From positions 199,402 through 263,401 of the forward strand of contig JAEZDD010000003.1 in assembly GCA_023429785.1 (NCBI GenBank): DNA of 64,000 nt, written 5' to 3'. Source of the stretch: Bacillota bacterium. GTDB lineage: Bacteria > Bacillota > Clostridia > Oscillospirales > Ruminococcaceae. The translations under genes were made by a program, and so were the position numbers. Every line of letters begins with the position of its first letter. The first letter of the stretch is position 1. Below the pieces are notes generated by a model that saw nothing but the letters and a program-made list of their open reading frames with translations, searched no databases and had not been told where the DNA came from. Below are positions 1 to 8,668 of the stretch, piece after piece.

Positions 1-2086
1 CCGCTGTGTACAAAAGATTTCTGAAATACAGCTTGTCATACCCACCGAGCACGGGAAGAATGACAACATCGAACTCACTCCCCTGACTTTTGTGGACTGT
101 GATAGCATAAGCCAGCTCAAGATGCTCAAGCATTGCTATGTTATAGCTGCAAATTCTCCCCTCAAAATCGATGGCTACTGTTGCTTGAGCTTTATCGACT
201 TCAAGAATTATTCCTATATCGCCGTTGAAAATCCCTGTCCCGCTTTCTGCCTCACGCTTCCAGACAATGTCATAATTGTTTTTTGTCTGCATTACCTTAT
301 CATTTTCTCTGAAGGTATAAATCGGCATTTTCATTTCTGACAGCTCTTTTTTGGGCGGATTAAGCTCATTTTGAAGCTTTTTATTAAGCTCAACTATACC
401 CAGCGGCCCTTTTCTAGTGGGCGAAAGTATTTGAATATTCTCTATAGGTGAAAAATCGTATGCCTTTGGGAGTCTGTTTTTGCATAAATCAATTATGGTT
501 TCTGAGGCATGCTCATGCTCTAGCCGCTGAAAAAAGAAAAAATCATTATCTTTCTTTGAAAGGTCAGGGTAATCACCGTTTATTATTTTATGAGCATTCG
601 TTACAATACTGCTTTGTCCGGCTTGTCTGAAAATTTCCTTCAGCGAAACAACAGGGACAACCTCACTGTCTATCATATCCTTTAGTAAATTTCCAGCCCC
701 GACGCTCGGCAGCTGGTCGCTGTCACCAACCATTATCAGTCGGCAATTCAAGGGCATCGCACGAAGCAATGCGTCGAATAAAAGCGTGTCAACCATTGAC
801 ATCTCATCTATTATGACAACGTCACAGTCGAGCAAGTTCATTTCGTTGTGGACAAATTTGAACTTGTTCCCCTCGCTCGGCTCAATGTCAAGAAGGCGAT
901 GAATCGTCTTTGCGTCATAGCCGGTTAGGTCGGAAATCCGCTTAGCCGCACGCCCTGTCGGTGCCGCAATCATTACAACCATGCCTTGCTGTTCAAAAAG
1001 CGAAATGATTGCGTTTAATGTTGTTGTTTTCCCTGTACCCGGCCCGCCGGTCAAAATCATAAAGCCCTTTGAAAGTGCCTCGTTAATCGCCTTTCTCTGG
1101 AGCGTCTGATACTTTATGCCATTTTGTTTTTCATCAATATCTATCACTTCGTCGAAATCAATTTTGTTGTTGAAAAGATTGTTTCTCATATATGAAATTC
1201 TCGCCGAAATAAAATTTTCTGCGACATAATATTCTCTGAGATAAATATACTTTCTATCTTTTTTCGTGTATTCAACAAGATTCTGACTGTCAATTTCCTC
1301 CATTAAGACCTTTTTAAAAAGCTCCTTTTCAATCTGAAGCAGCGAGCAAGACTTGTCCAGCAATTTATCATAAGGGAGACAGCAGTGCCCTGAATATGTA
1401 TTTTCGACCAGAACGCAGGTTATCCCAGCCCTTATTCTATCCGAGCTATCCCTTGAAATTGATAAATCCTCCGCGATTTCTTCAGCCTTTAAAAACGGCA
1501 GCTCAATCCCAAAGCCGCATAGAACATAAGGATTTGCGTTAATCATTTCAAGTATATTTTTTCCGAAATACTTCCATGCGCTCACCCCATAGGACGGAGC
1601 GATAGCATACTTTGAGAGAGTCATCATCAGCGAGCGAATCCCAAAAACGTTCTTAAATTCAACAATTATATTCTTGCTCTTTTTTGGGGTAATCCCATCA
1701 ACCTCAGTCAGCCTTTCAGGCTCGTTTTCGAGAACGTCAAGTGTGCTTGCACCAAAGTGCTTCACAATTTTTTTCGCAAGAACCGGCCCTATCCCTTTGA
1801 TAGCACCACTAGCCAGATATTTTTGGATTGCCGAGGCGGTTGTAGGCAAAGCTCGCTCGCACAAATGCGCCTTGAACTGTGTGCCAAATTTCTGATGATT
1901 TATGTATTCACCCGTCAGGCGAAGCTCCTCACCCTCGTCAACGTTGCCGATTTCACCCACAACCGTCACAGGCTCGCCGCCGACATCAAGTGTCAGGACA
2001 GCAAATCCGTTAGCTTCATTTTTATATATTACTGAATCGACTGAGCCTTCTATATGATAAAGCTGTTTTTCCTGCATCCTTGTCAT
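1..2086 (-). CDS. recD2: RecD2-like SF1B ATP-dependent DNA helicase; C-terminus lies beyond the left window edge
   Basis: Absent from the ORF track because the ORF runs off the edge. My minus-strand translation reads MTRMQEKQLYHIEG...ILTGGPGTGKTT (Walker A)...VIIDEMSMVD (Walker B)...ITVHKSQGSEF. In-frame ATGs at 2086 and 2077. Confidence 0.85.
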   Translation of the reverse strand, partial: MTRMQEKQLYHIEGSVDSVIYKNEANGFAVLTLDVGGEPVTVVGEIGNVDEGEELRLTGEYINHQKFGTQFKAHLCERALPTTASAIQKYLASGAIKGIGPVLAKKIVKHFGASTLDVLENEPERLTEVDGITPKKSKNIIVEFKNVFGIRSLMMTLSKYAIAPSYGVSAWKYFGKNILEMINANPYVLCGFGIELPFLKAEEIAEDLSISRDSSDRIRAGITCVLVENTYSGHCCLPYDKLLDKSCSLLQIEKELFKKVLMEEIDSQNLVEYTKKDRKYIYLREYYVAENFISARISYMRNNLFNNKIDFDEVIDIDEKQNGIKYQTLQRKAINEALSKGFMILTGGPGTGKTTTLNAIISLFEQQGMVVMIAAPTGRAAKRISDLTGYDAKTIHRLLDIEPSEGNKFKFVHNEMNLLDCDVVIIDEMSMVDTLLFDALLRAMPLNCRLIMVGDSDQLPSVGAGNLLKDMIDSEVVPVVSLKEIFRQAGQSSIVTNAHKIINGDYPDLSKKDNDFFFFQRLEHEHASETIIDLCKNRLPKAYDFSPIENIQILSPTRKGPLGIVELNKKLQNELNPPKKELSEMKMPIYTFRENDKVMQTKNNYDIVWKREAESGTGIFNGDIGIILEVDKAQATVAIDFEGRICSYNIAMLEHLELAYAITVHKSQGSEFDVVILPVLGGYDKLYFRNLLYTA

Positions 2087-2096
2087 CCTTTTAATT

Positions 2097-2462
2097 CTAT
2101 TTTTGAATCATTTCGCAAAAAATATCCGGATTTTTTATAAAGCTTTCCAGCTCGCTCGGCTTGCACATATTAACCGGTTCATATTCCTCACAGAGCTTCT
2201 CGCATATTTTATATGTTTCATCTGGGCAATCCAGAGTAACAAGAAGTATATTGTAGCTGATATAGTTATCCCAGTTTTTGCTCCACAAAATACTTCTGAC
2301 AGTAAATTCGATATCGTCCATTTTCCCGCTAACCGGTATAAGCGTCACAATGCAGGACATTCTCACTCTTTTTGTCAGAAAAGCTGTTGTTATAAGCTTG
2401 ATTAAACAAACAATAAGCAAAACAGACCCTATTATTATAATTGAATAAATTAATGGCTCCAT
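2097..2462 (-). CDS. Hypothetical small membrane-anchored protein (121 aa)
   Basis: Strong RBS GAGGAGG before the ATG. N-terminal TM helix (IIIIGSVLLIVCLIKLI). Stop lies about 10 nt before the recD2 start, so probably co-transcribed. The antisense ORF 2103..2405 is judged spurious. Confidence 0.6.
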   Translation of the reverse strand: MEPLIYSIIIIGSVLLIVCLIKLITTAFLTKRVRMSCIVTLIPVSGKMDDIEFTVRSILWSKNWDNYISYNILLVTLDCPDETYKICEKLCEEYEPVNMCKPSELESFIKNPDIFCEMIQK

Positions 2463-2585
2463 ACTTACTCCTCCTCATCATAAATTTTCCTATAATACAA
2501 TTTATGATACAAAAACAAAAAGGTGAAGAATTTCGCCATTATTTTTTTCTTATTTTAATTTTACACTTTTTTTGCGGGAATTTCA

Positions 2586-2620
2586 ATAAAAAATAAAAGG
2601 TACTCTTTCGAGCACCTTTT
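2586..2620 (-). terminator. Intrinsic terminator downstream of pnp
   Basis: Minus strand: AAAAGGTGCTC-GAAA-GAGTACCTTTT followed by ATTTTTT, directly after the pnp stop at 2627. Confidence 0.75.
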
Positions 2621-2626
2621 AATATT

Positions 2627-4738
2627 TTAGTTATTTTTTTTAGCCTCAAGGTCAGCAATCGCATCTTTCCTTGAAAGATTGATTCTTCCCTGCTTGTCGA
2701 TTTCAATAACCTTAACGATTATCTCATCGCCGACTGAAACAACGTCGCTAACCTTTTCAACTCTGGCATTGTCTAGCTTTGAAATGTGAACGAGTCCGTC
2801 CTTGCCCGGAGCAATTTCAACAAATGCACCGAAGTCCATCAGTCTGACAACCTTGCCCTTATAAATTGCACCAACCTCAGGGTCGTTCCCGATTGTATTG
2901 ACTATCTGAAGCGCCTTATTAACCTTTTCTAAATCAACGCCGGAGATAAATACGTTTCCGTCATCTGTAATATCAATCTTACATTCATTTTCAGCAGAAA
3001 TCTTTTGAATTACCTTTCCGCCCTGACCGATAACCTCACGAATCTTATCAACTGCAATTTTAGTCTGAAGCATTTTTGGAGCATAGGTTCCGACAGTTTC
3101 ACGAGGCTTTGGAATCGCCTTCAGCATAATGTCATCAAGAATATATAGGCGGGCTTTTCTTGTTGTTTCGAAAGCCTCCTTGATAATATCCATAGTCAGA
3201 CCGTCAACCTTGATATCAACCTGAATAGCAGTGATTCCGTTGTGTGTTCCGCCAACCTTAAAGTCCATATCGCCATAGAAATCCTCAAGACCTTGAATAT
3301 CAATCATTGTCATCCATCTGTCGCCCTCTGTGATTAGTCCACATGAGATACCGGCAACAGGCGCCTTTATTGGAACACCGGCGTCCATTAGAGCAAGGGT
3401 TGAGCCACAGATTGAGCCTTGTGAGGTTGAACCATTTGAAGATAGAACCTCTGACACGAGTCTGTAAGCGTATGGGAATTCCTCAACTGAAGGGATAACC
3501 GGCTCTAATGCTCTTTCAGCAAGTGCACCATGCCCGATTTCACGACGTCCAGGGCCTCTTGAAGGCTTCGTTTCACCAACAGAATAGGATGGGAAGTTAT
3601 AGTGGTGCATATATCTCTTTGTATCTTCTTCGTCAAGTCCGTCAATACGCTGTGCATCACTCACAGGGCCGAGAGTTGCAATTGTGAGAACCTGAGTTTG
3701 TCCTCTTGTGAACATACCTGAGCCGTGAACTCTTGGAAGCAAGCCAACTTCAGCAGCGAGAGGTCTGATTTGGTCAAGCTTTCTTCCGTCAACACGCTTG
3801 CCCTCATCTAGAAGCCATCTGCGAACAATCTTCTTTTGAATTTTATATATACATTCGTCAATCATATACGCTTTGTCAGCGTATACTTCATCAAATTTAG
3901 CGTGAATAGCATCCTTAATCGGCTGAAGTCTGGCTTCACGAACATTTTTATCATCTGTGTCCAAAGCAATTTTAACATCAGCAGCACAGAAATTATAAAT
4001 TTCAGTGAACATTTCCTCAGGGATATCCTGTGACTCAAAGCTGAACTTTGGCTTCCCTATTTCATCCTTAATTTTGTTAATGAATGCTACAATCTTCTTG
4101 ATTTCGTCATGGCCTTTTTCAATTGCTTTAAGCATAACATCGTCCGGAACCTGATTAGCACCGGCTTCAATCATTACGATTTTTTCCATTGATGCAGCAA
4201 CAATAAGGTTCAAATCATTCTTCCCTCTTTGTTCAAGAGTTGGATTTAAAACAATTTCCCCATCAACAAGGCCGACACTTATTCCGCCGATTGGACCGTT
4301 CCATGGTATATCTGATATTGAAATAGCAATTGATGTTGCAATCATTCCGGCGATTTCCGGTGAATTATCCGGGTCAACAGCCATGACTGTCATGACAACA
4401 GATACATCATTTCTCATATCCTTTGGGAAAAGTGGTCTGATAGGACGGTCAACAACTCGAGAGGTCAGGATAGCCTTTTCTGTTGGCTTGCCTTCTCTTT
4501 TCATGAATGACCCCGGAATTTTTCCAACAGAATATAGTCTTTCTTCATAGTCAACTGATAGTGGGAAGAAATCTATCCCTTCTCTTGGCTTTGCACTTGC
4601 TGTAACGTTTGCCATTACTACTGTTTCGCCATAACGAACCCAGCATGAGCCGTTTGAAAGCTCACACATTTTCCCTGTTTCTACTGTTAATTCTCTTCCT
4701 GCGAAAGTTGTTGTAAACGTTTTAAAATTTTCGAACAT
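2627..4738 (-). CDS. pnp: Polyribonucleotide nucleotidyltransferase (PNPase)
   Basis: 703 aa with the typical PNPase N-terminus MFENFKTF...FAGRELTVETGK, two RNase PH-like cores, and C-terminal KH and S1 regions (GKVVRLMDFGAFVEI). Confidence 0.97.
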   Translation of the reverse strand: MFENFKTFTTTFAGRELTVETGKMCELSNGSCWVRYGETVVMANVTASAKPREGIDFFPLSVDYEERLYSVGKIPGSFMKREGKPTEKAILTSRVVDRPIRPLFPKDMRNDVSVVMTVMAVDPDNSPEIAGMIATSIAISISDIPWNGPIGGISVGLVDGEIVLNPTLEQRGKNDLNLIVAASMEKIVMIEAGANQVPDDVMLKAIEKGHDEIKKIVAFINKIKDEIGKPKFSFESQDIPEEMFTEIYNFCAADVKIALDTDDKNVREARLQPIKDAIHAKFDEVYADKAYMIDECIYKIQKKIVRRWLLDEGKRVDGRKLDQIRPLAAEVGLLPRVHGSGMFTRGQTQVLTIATLGPVSDAQRIDGLDEEDTKRYMHHYNFPSYSVGETKPSRGPGRREIGHGALAERALEPVIPSVEEFPYAYRLVSEVLSSNGSTSQGSICGSTLALMDAGVPIKAPVAGISCGLITEGDRWMTMIDIQGLEDFYGDMDFKVGGTHNGITAIQVDIKVDGLTMDIIKEAFETTRKARLYILDDIMLKAIPKPRETVGTYAPKMLQTKIAVDKIREVIGQGGKVIQKISAENECKIDITDDGNVFISGVDLEKVNKALQIVNTIGNDPEVGAIYKGKVVRLMDFGAFVEIAPGKDGLVHISKLDNARVEKVSDVVSVGDEIIVKVIEIDKQGRINLSRKDAIADLEAKKNN

Positions 4739-4860
4739 ATAACTGCCTCCTGTTTTTTATTTGGTAGCAGTTTTAGCAATAAATCCTAGAACCGATAAGG
4801 TTGTACGATTTAATGCTAAAAAAAATCAGCTACCATTTTTAATGGTTACAAAATAATATG

Positions 4861-4900
4861 CCAAAAGGCAGAAAGGATTTTTAACCCTGACTGCCCTTTT
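4861..4900 (-). terminator. Putative rpsO terminator or partial terminator
   Basis: Minus strand: AAGGGCAG...CTGCCTTTTGG immediately after the rpsO stop. The stem is imperfect, so readthrough into pnp is likely. Confidence 0.55.
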
Positions 4901-4910
4901 TAACACATAA

Positions 4911-5177
4911 TTACTTACGGATACCTAGCTTTTCAATGATTGAACGATATCTGTTGATATCCTTCTTCATTAGATAGTTTAAAAGATTACGTCTGTGACC
5001 AACCATTTTCAGAAGTCCTCTTCTTGAGTGATGGTCCTTTGAATGAGTCTTTAGGTGACCTGTCAAATCGTTAATTCTCTTTGTTAGAATTGCAATCTGA
5101 ACTTCAGGAGAACCTGTGTCGCCCTCGTGGGTTGCGTTAGCTTCGATAACCGCTGTTTTTTCTTCTTTTAATAGCAT
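4911..5177 (-). CDS. rpsO: 30S ribosomal protein S15
   Basis: 88 aa with ...[51 protein letters not shown], the canonical S15 sequence. Confidence 0.97.
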   Translation of the reverse strand: MLLKEEKTAVIEANATHEGDTGSPEVQIAILTKRINDLTGHLKTHSKDHHSRRGLLKMVGHRRNLLNYLMKKDINRYRSIIEKLGIRK

Positions 5178-5283
5178 GAATACTCCACCTCTTTAAAATA
5201 TTTGCCGTCGTCATAGCAGATGGTAGGTTGACTTCCCTTTTAAAAGGCTGAATCCATAAGCCAAGGCGTGGCATAACTTTTGT

Positions 5284-5312
5284 ATTATATCATATAAAAC
5301 CACGATTGTAAA
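5284..5312 (-). promoter_or_regulatory. Putative sigma-A promoter for rpsO
   Basis: Minus strand TTTACA-17 nt-TATAAT, leaving a 5' UTR of about 100 nt before the rpsO ATG. Confidence 0.55.
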
Positions 5313-5338
5313 GTGTTTTTATTATAATATTTACTTGA

Positions 5339-6196
5339 TTACTTATTTGCTTTAAGCTTTGACGCTGTCAGAGTGTTTTCCAATAGCATTGCTCTGGTCA
5401 TAAGCCCAACTCCACCCGGAACAGGAGTTATGTATCCCGCCACCTCGCCGACACTGTCATAGTCAACGTCGCCACATAGCTTCCCGTCATCTAGCCTGTT
5501 CATTCCGACATCAATAACAACTGCTCCCTCTTTAACCATATCGGCTGTAATAAGCTTCGCCACACCAACCGCGGCAACAAGAATGTCCGCTTTCTTGCAG
5601 GTTTCTTTTAAGTCCTTTGTTTTTGAGTGGCAGATTGTAACCGTCCCGCTTTCATGTAAAAGAAGCATTGACATCGGCTTCCCGACGATATTACTTCTTC
5701 CCACAACGACACACTCCTTCCCCGAAATCGAAACACCCGTGCTCTTTATCATTTCCATAACACCGGCAGGAGTGCAGGGCAGAAAGCGATAATCCCCAAT
5801 CATTATCTTGCCCACATTAATAGGATGAAATGCGTCAACATCCTTATCCGGATTGATTGCATTGAGGACGGCCTTTTCGTCAAGGTGCTTCGGGAGCGGA
5901 AGCTGACAAAGTATCCCGTCGACCTTTTCATCATTGTTGAGCTTTTCAACAAGCTCCATCAGCTCAGCTTGGGTTGTGCTTTCCGGCAGAGCAAACTCAT
6001 AGGATGCAATCCCAACCTCCTCGCAGTCCTTTTTCTTCCCGTTGACATACACTCTTGAGGCTGGATTTTCGCCGACGATAATTACTGCCAGTCCAACACT
6101 TATATTTTTTTCTTTCAGGAGCGAAACCTCAGCCCTTACTCTTTCCTTAACCTGTGCTGAAACTTCCTTCCCGCTTATTAATTTAGCTGTTGACAT
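5339..6196 (-). CDS. folD: Bifunctional methylenetetrahydrofolate dehydrogenase/cyclohydrolase
   Basis: The track ORF is 5339..6217. The likely start is MSTAKLISGKEV at 6196, preceded by GGAGATGGGGA. FolD hallmarks are present (GRSNIVGKPM, PGGVGLMT). Overlaps the lgt 3' end. Confidence 0.93.
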   Translation of the reverse strand: MSTAKLISGKEVSAQVKERVRAEVSLLKEKNISVGLAVIIVGENPASRVYVNGKKKDCEEVGIASYEFALPESTTQAELMELVEKLNNDEKVDGILCQLPLPKHLDEKAVLNAINPDKDVDAFHPINVGKIMIGDYRFLPCTPAGVMEMIKSTGVSISGKECVVVGRSNIVGKPMSMLLLHESGTVTICHSKTKDLKETCKKADILVAAVGVAKLITADMVKEGAVVIDVGMNRLDDGKLCGDVDYDSVGEVAGYITPVPGGVGLMTRAMLLENTLTASKLKANK

Positions 6197-7373
6197 CGTC
6201 TGTATCCCCATCTCCATCTGTATCTATATCATCTGAAAAAGCTTCAGCAGCAGCATCGGCATCATTATGTTCAGCATCCTCAGAAAGCTGTTTCATATCA
6301 ACCTCGTCATCATCTAGAACTTCTTTTTTCTTCTCGGCAGGCTCGTCAAAGGCATTATCAATTTCCTTAGCCATATCAACCTTTGCCTTTGATTTTGACT
6401 TTTTAAGAGAATTATCATATTCTTCAATCTGCTTAATTGAATCCTCAGTTTCATAGAAGAATTTATAGCCACCGTTTCGCTTAATCCTGAGTCTAATTGT
6501 GAGGATAATTATCAGCGATGCGGCAACACAGCAGGCAGCGAGAACCTGTGACACTCTGATTCCTGTTCCTGAGACATAGAGACTGTCTGTTCTCAGACCT
6601 TCGATGAGCATTCTTCCAAAGCCATACCAGCCAAGATACATGAAGAATATTTCACCGTCGAATTTCCTGTGCTTCATATAAATACTTAATAAAACAAAGC
6701 CTAAAATGCACCATAGTGACTCGTATAAAAATGTAGGATGAGCGAGCAATGCCGACTGCTCAAGTCCTGGGAACTGTCTCCCCAAATCTGCCATAATATT
6801 AGCACTTGTCATTCCCCATGGGAGATTTGTAGGGGCGCCATACGCCTCCATATTCATAAAGTTGCCCCATCTTCCTATCGCCTGACCTATTAAAAAGCCC
6901 ATTGCCGCAATATCAAATAAAGGAAGCAGCTTGATTTTTCTCCATCTGGCTATCACGCCGGCTGTCAGCAAGGCACCGATTAGCCCGCCGTAAATCGCAA
7001 GCCCACCGTCACGGATACTGAATATTGCCGCCCAGTCAATCTTCCCGTCGATTACATAAGTTGACCAGCTGAATACCACATAATATATTCTGGCGAAAAT
7101 AACAGCGCCGACAACGCCGCCGATTATTGCGTCTGTTGCTCTGTCCGGGTTAATCCCAAATTTTCTGAACTTTCTAAAGCCATAGATTACCGCAAGCAAT
7201 AACCCCAACGCAATTAAAAATCCATACCAGTAAATTGCGAAATCTGTCCCCGGGATTTTGAACATAATTTTGTCAAGTGTTATCCCGTTAGTGAAAATGT
7301 TGTCATGCCCTAAGTTCGGGAAAAATACTTTATGTGGGTTTTGCTGAATAGTGTTCATAATAGCATCTGTCAT
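6183..7373 (-). CDS. lgt: Prolipoprotein diacylglyceryl transferase with a C-terminal acidic extension of about 100 aa
   Basis: The Lgt core is present (YGLLIALG, GRWGNFMN, multiple TM helices), followed by the tail ...DDDEVDMKQLSEDAEHNDADAAAEAFSDDIDTDGDGDTDDVNS. Confidence 0.9.
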   Translation of the reverse strand: MTDAIMNTIQQNPHKVFFPNLGHDNIFTNGITLDKIMFKIPGTDFAIYWYGFLIALGLLLAVIYGFRKFRKFGINPDRATDAIIGGVVGAVIFARIYYVVFSWSTYVIDGKIDWAAIFSIRDGGLAIYGGLIGALLTAGVIARWRKIKLLPLFDIAAMGFLIGQAIGRWGNFMNMEAYGAPTNLPWGMTSANIMADLGRQFPGLEQSALLAHPTFLYESLWCILGFVLLSIYMKHRKFDGEIFFMYLGWYGFGRMLIEGLRTDSLYVSGTGIRVSQVLAACCVAASLIIILTIRLRIKRNGGYKFFYETEDSIKQIEEYDNSLKKSKSKAKVDMAKEIDNAFDEPAEKKKEVLDDDEVDMKQLSEDAEHNDADAAAEAFSDDIDTDGDGDTDDVNS

Positions 7374-7387
7374 CTTAAACTCTCCTC

Positions 7388-8668
7388 TTAATTAGCTTCA
7401 ATTATTGAAATAGAAGCCTTTTTTGTGTCAAATAAATCATGCAACTTGCTGGAAACTTCCTCAAAAGAAATACTCGCCAGAACCTCGACAGTTTCAAAAG
7501 CGTCCACTCCGATAAAATGTGAATTAATCATCATTGACGCACAAGCCTCAACATTATTGAAGCTTCTGATTAGCTGCCCGTACTTGGATTTTTTAACGAT
7601 TTCAAATGTCTCCCTATCCAGTCCTTCATTTTTAACTCTTTCAATTTCGGCAATAACTCTGGCTAAAACCTCTCTTGGATTTTTCGACTCTCCGCCTAAA
7701 ATGTTTGCAAAATACCCATCACCGCTAAATACCTCTGATGAAAAGCTGGAGTTAATCAAGCCCTCGTCAAAAAGCTGTTTATACAAAGGCGATGTGCTCC
7801 CTGAGATTAGTGATAGAAGAATGCTCGCTTCCATTTCTGCCCTTATGGCATCCTTTTCTCTGACCGGCTTCGCTTTAAATCCAATATTAAAAAGTGGTGT
7901 CCCCACCGGAAGCTTTTGAACAACCTCGGGCAAATGTATCTCTTCTGGCTCGTCCTCAAATTCAGTTTCAAGCTGAATATCCTCGCTGTGCTTCAAAAGC
8001 CTGTCAGCGATTTCTAATACCTCATCGACATCACAGTTCCCAGCTATAGACAATACCATATTGTTTAGATTATAAAAAGTATGATAGCATCTATAAAGTA
8101 AATCCGCATCAATTTTCGCAATGCTTTCAACCGTCCCCGCAATATCGATTTTAACAGGATGATTGAAAAACATGCCGTTTAGTAGATTGAAAAATACTCG
8201 CCAGTCAGGGTTATCGTCGCACATCTTAATCTCCTGCCCGATGATACCTTGCTCCTTATTGACTGTTGCATCGGTGAAATACGGCTTTTGAACAAAGGAT
8301 AGCAGAATTTCAAGAGATTCTTTATAATTATCGCTGCAGCTGAACAGGTAGCAGGTTTTATCAAAGGAGGTATAGGCATTTGCATTCGCACCCGTTTTTG
8401 CATAAAGCTCAAAAACGTCACAATCCTCATTTTCAAAAAGCTTATGCTCCAGAAAATGAGCAATCCCTTCAGGAACATTGACAAAATCTTCTTCTCTGTT
8501 AGTTTTAAAGCGAGTATTAATCGAGCCGTATTTTGTCCCGAAAAGTGCTTCGGTTGTCGAAAAATTCTCCATTGGCCACACAAGGATATCCAGCCCTGAC
8601 GGATGCTTAATCTTATAGTATCTTTCGCCTGTTCTGGCATTTTGAATTATTTGCTTTTTTGTTTCCAT
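7388..8668 (-). CDS. M16 (pitrilysin/insulinase) family zinc peptidase, catalytic-type subunit
   Basis: 426 aa with an intact HxxEH motif (GIAHFLEHKLFE). The start shares one base with the upstream partner's stop (TAATG). Confidence 0.85.
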   Translation of the reverse strand: METKKQIIQNARTGERYYKIKHPSGLDILVWPMENFSTTEALFGTKYGSINTRFKTNREEDFVNVPEGIAHFLEHKLFENEDCDVFELYAKTGANANAYTSFDKTCYLFSCSDNYKESLEILLSFVQKPYFTDATVNKEQGIIGQEIKMCDDNPDWRVFFNLLNGMFFNHPVKIDIAGTVESIAKIDADLLYRCYHTFYNLNNMVLSIAGNCDVDEVLEIADRLLKHSEDIQLETEFEDEPEEIHLPEVVQKLPVGTPLFNIGFKAKPVREKDAIRAEMEASILLSLISGSTSPLYKQLFDEGLINSSFSSEVFSGDGYFANILGGESKNPREVLARVIAEIERVKNEGLDRETFEIVKKSKYGQLIRSFNNVEACASMMINSHFIGVDAFETVEVLASISFEEVSSKLHDLFDTKKASISIIEAN

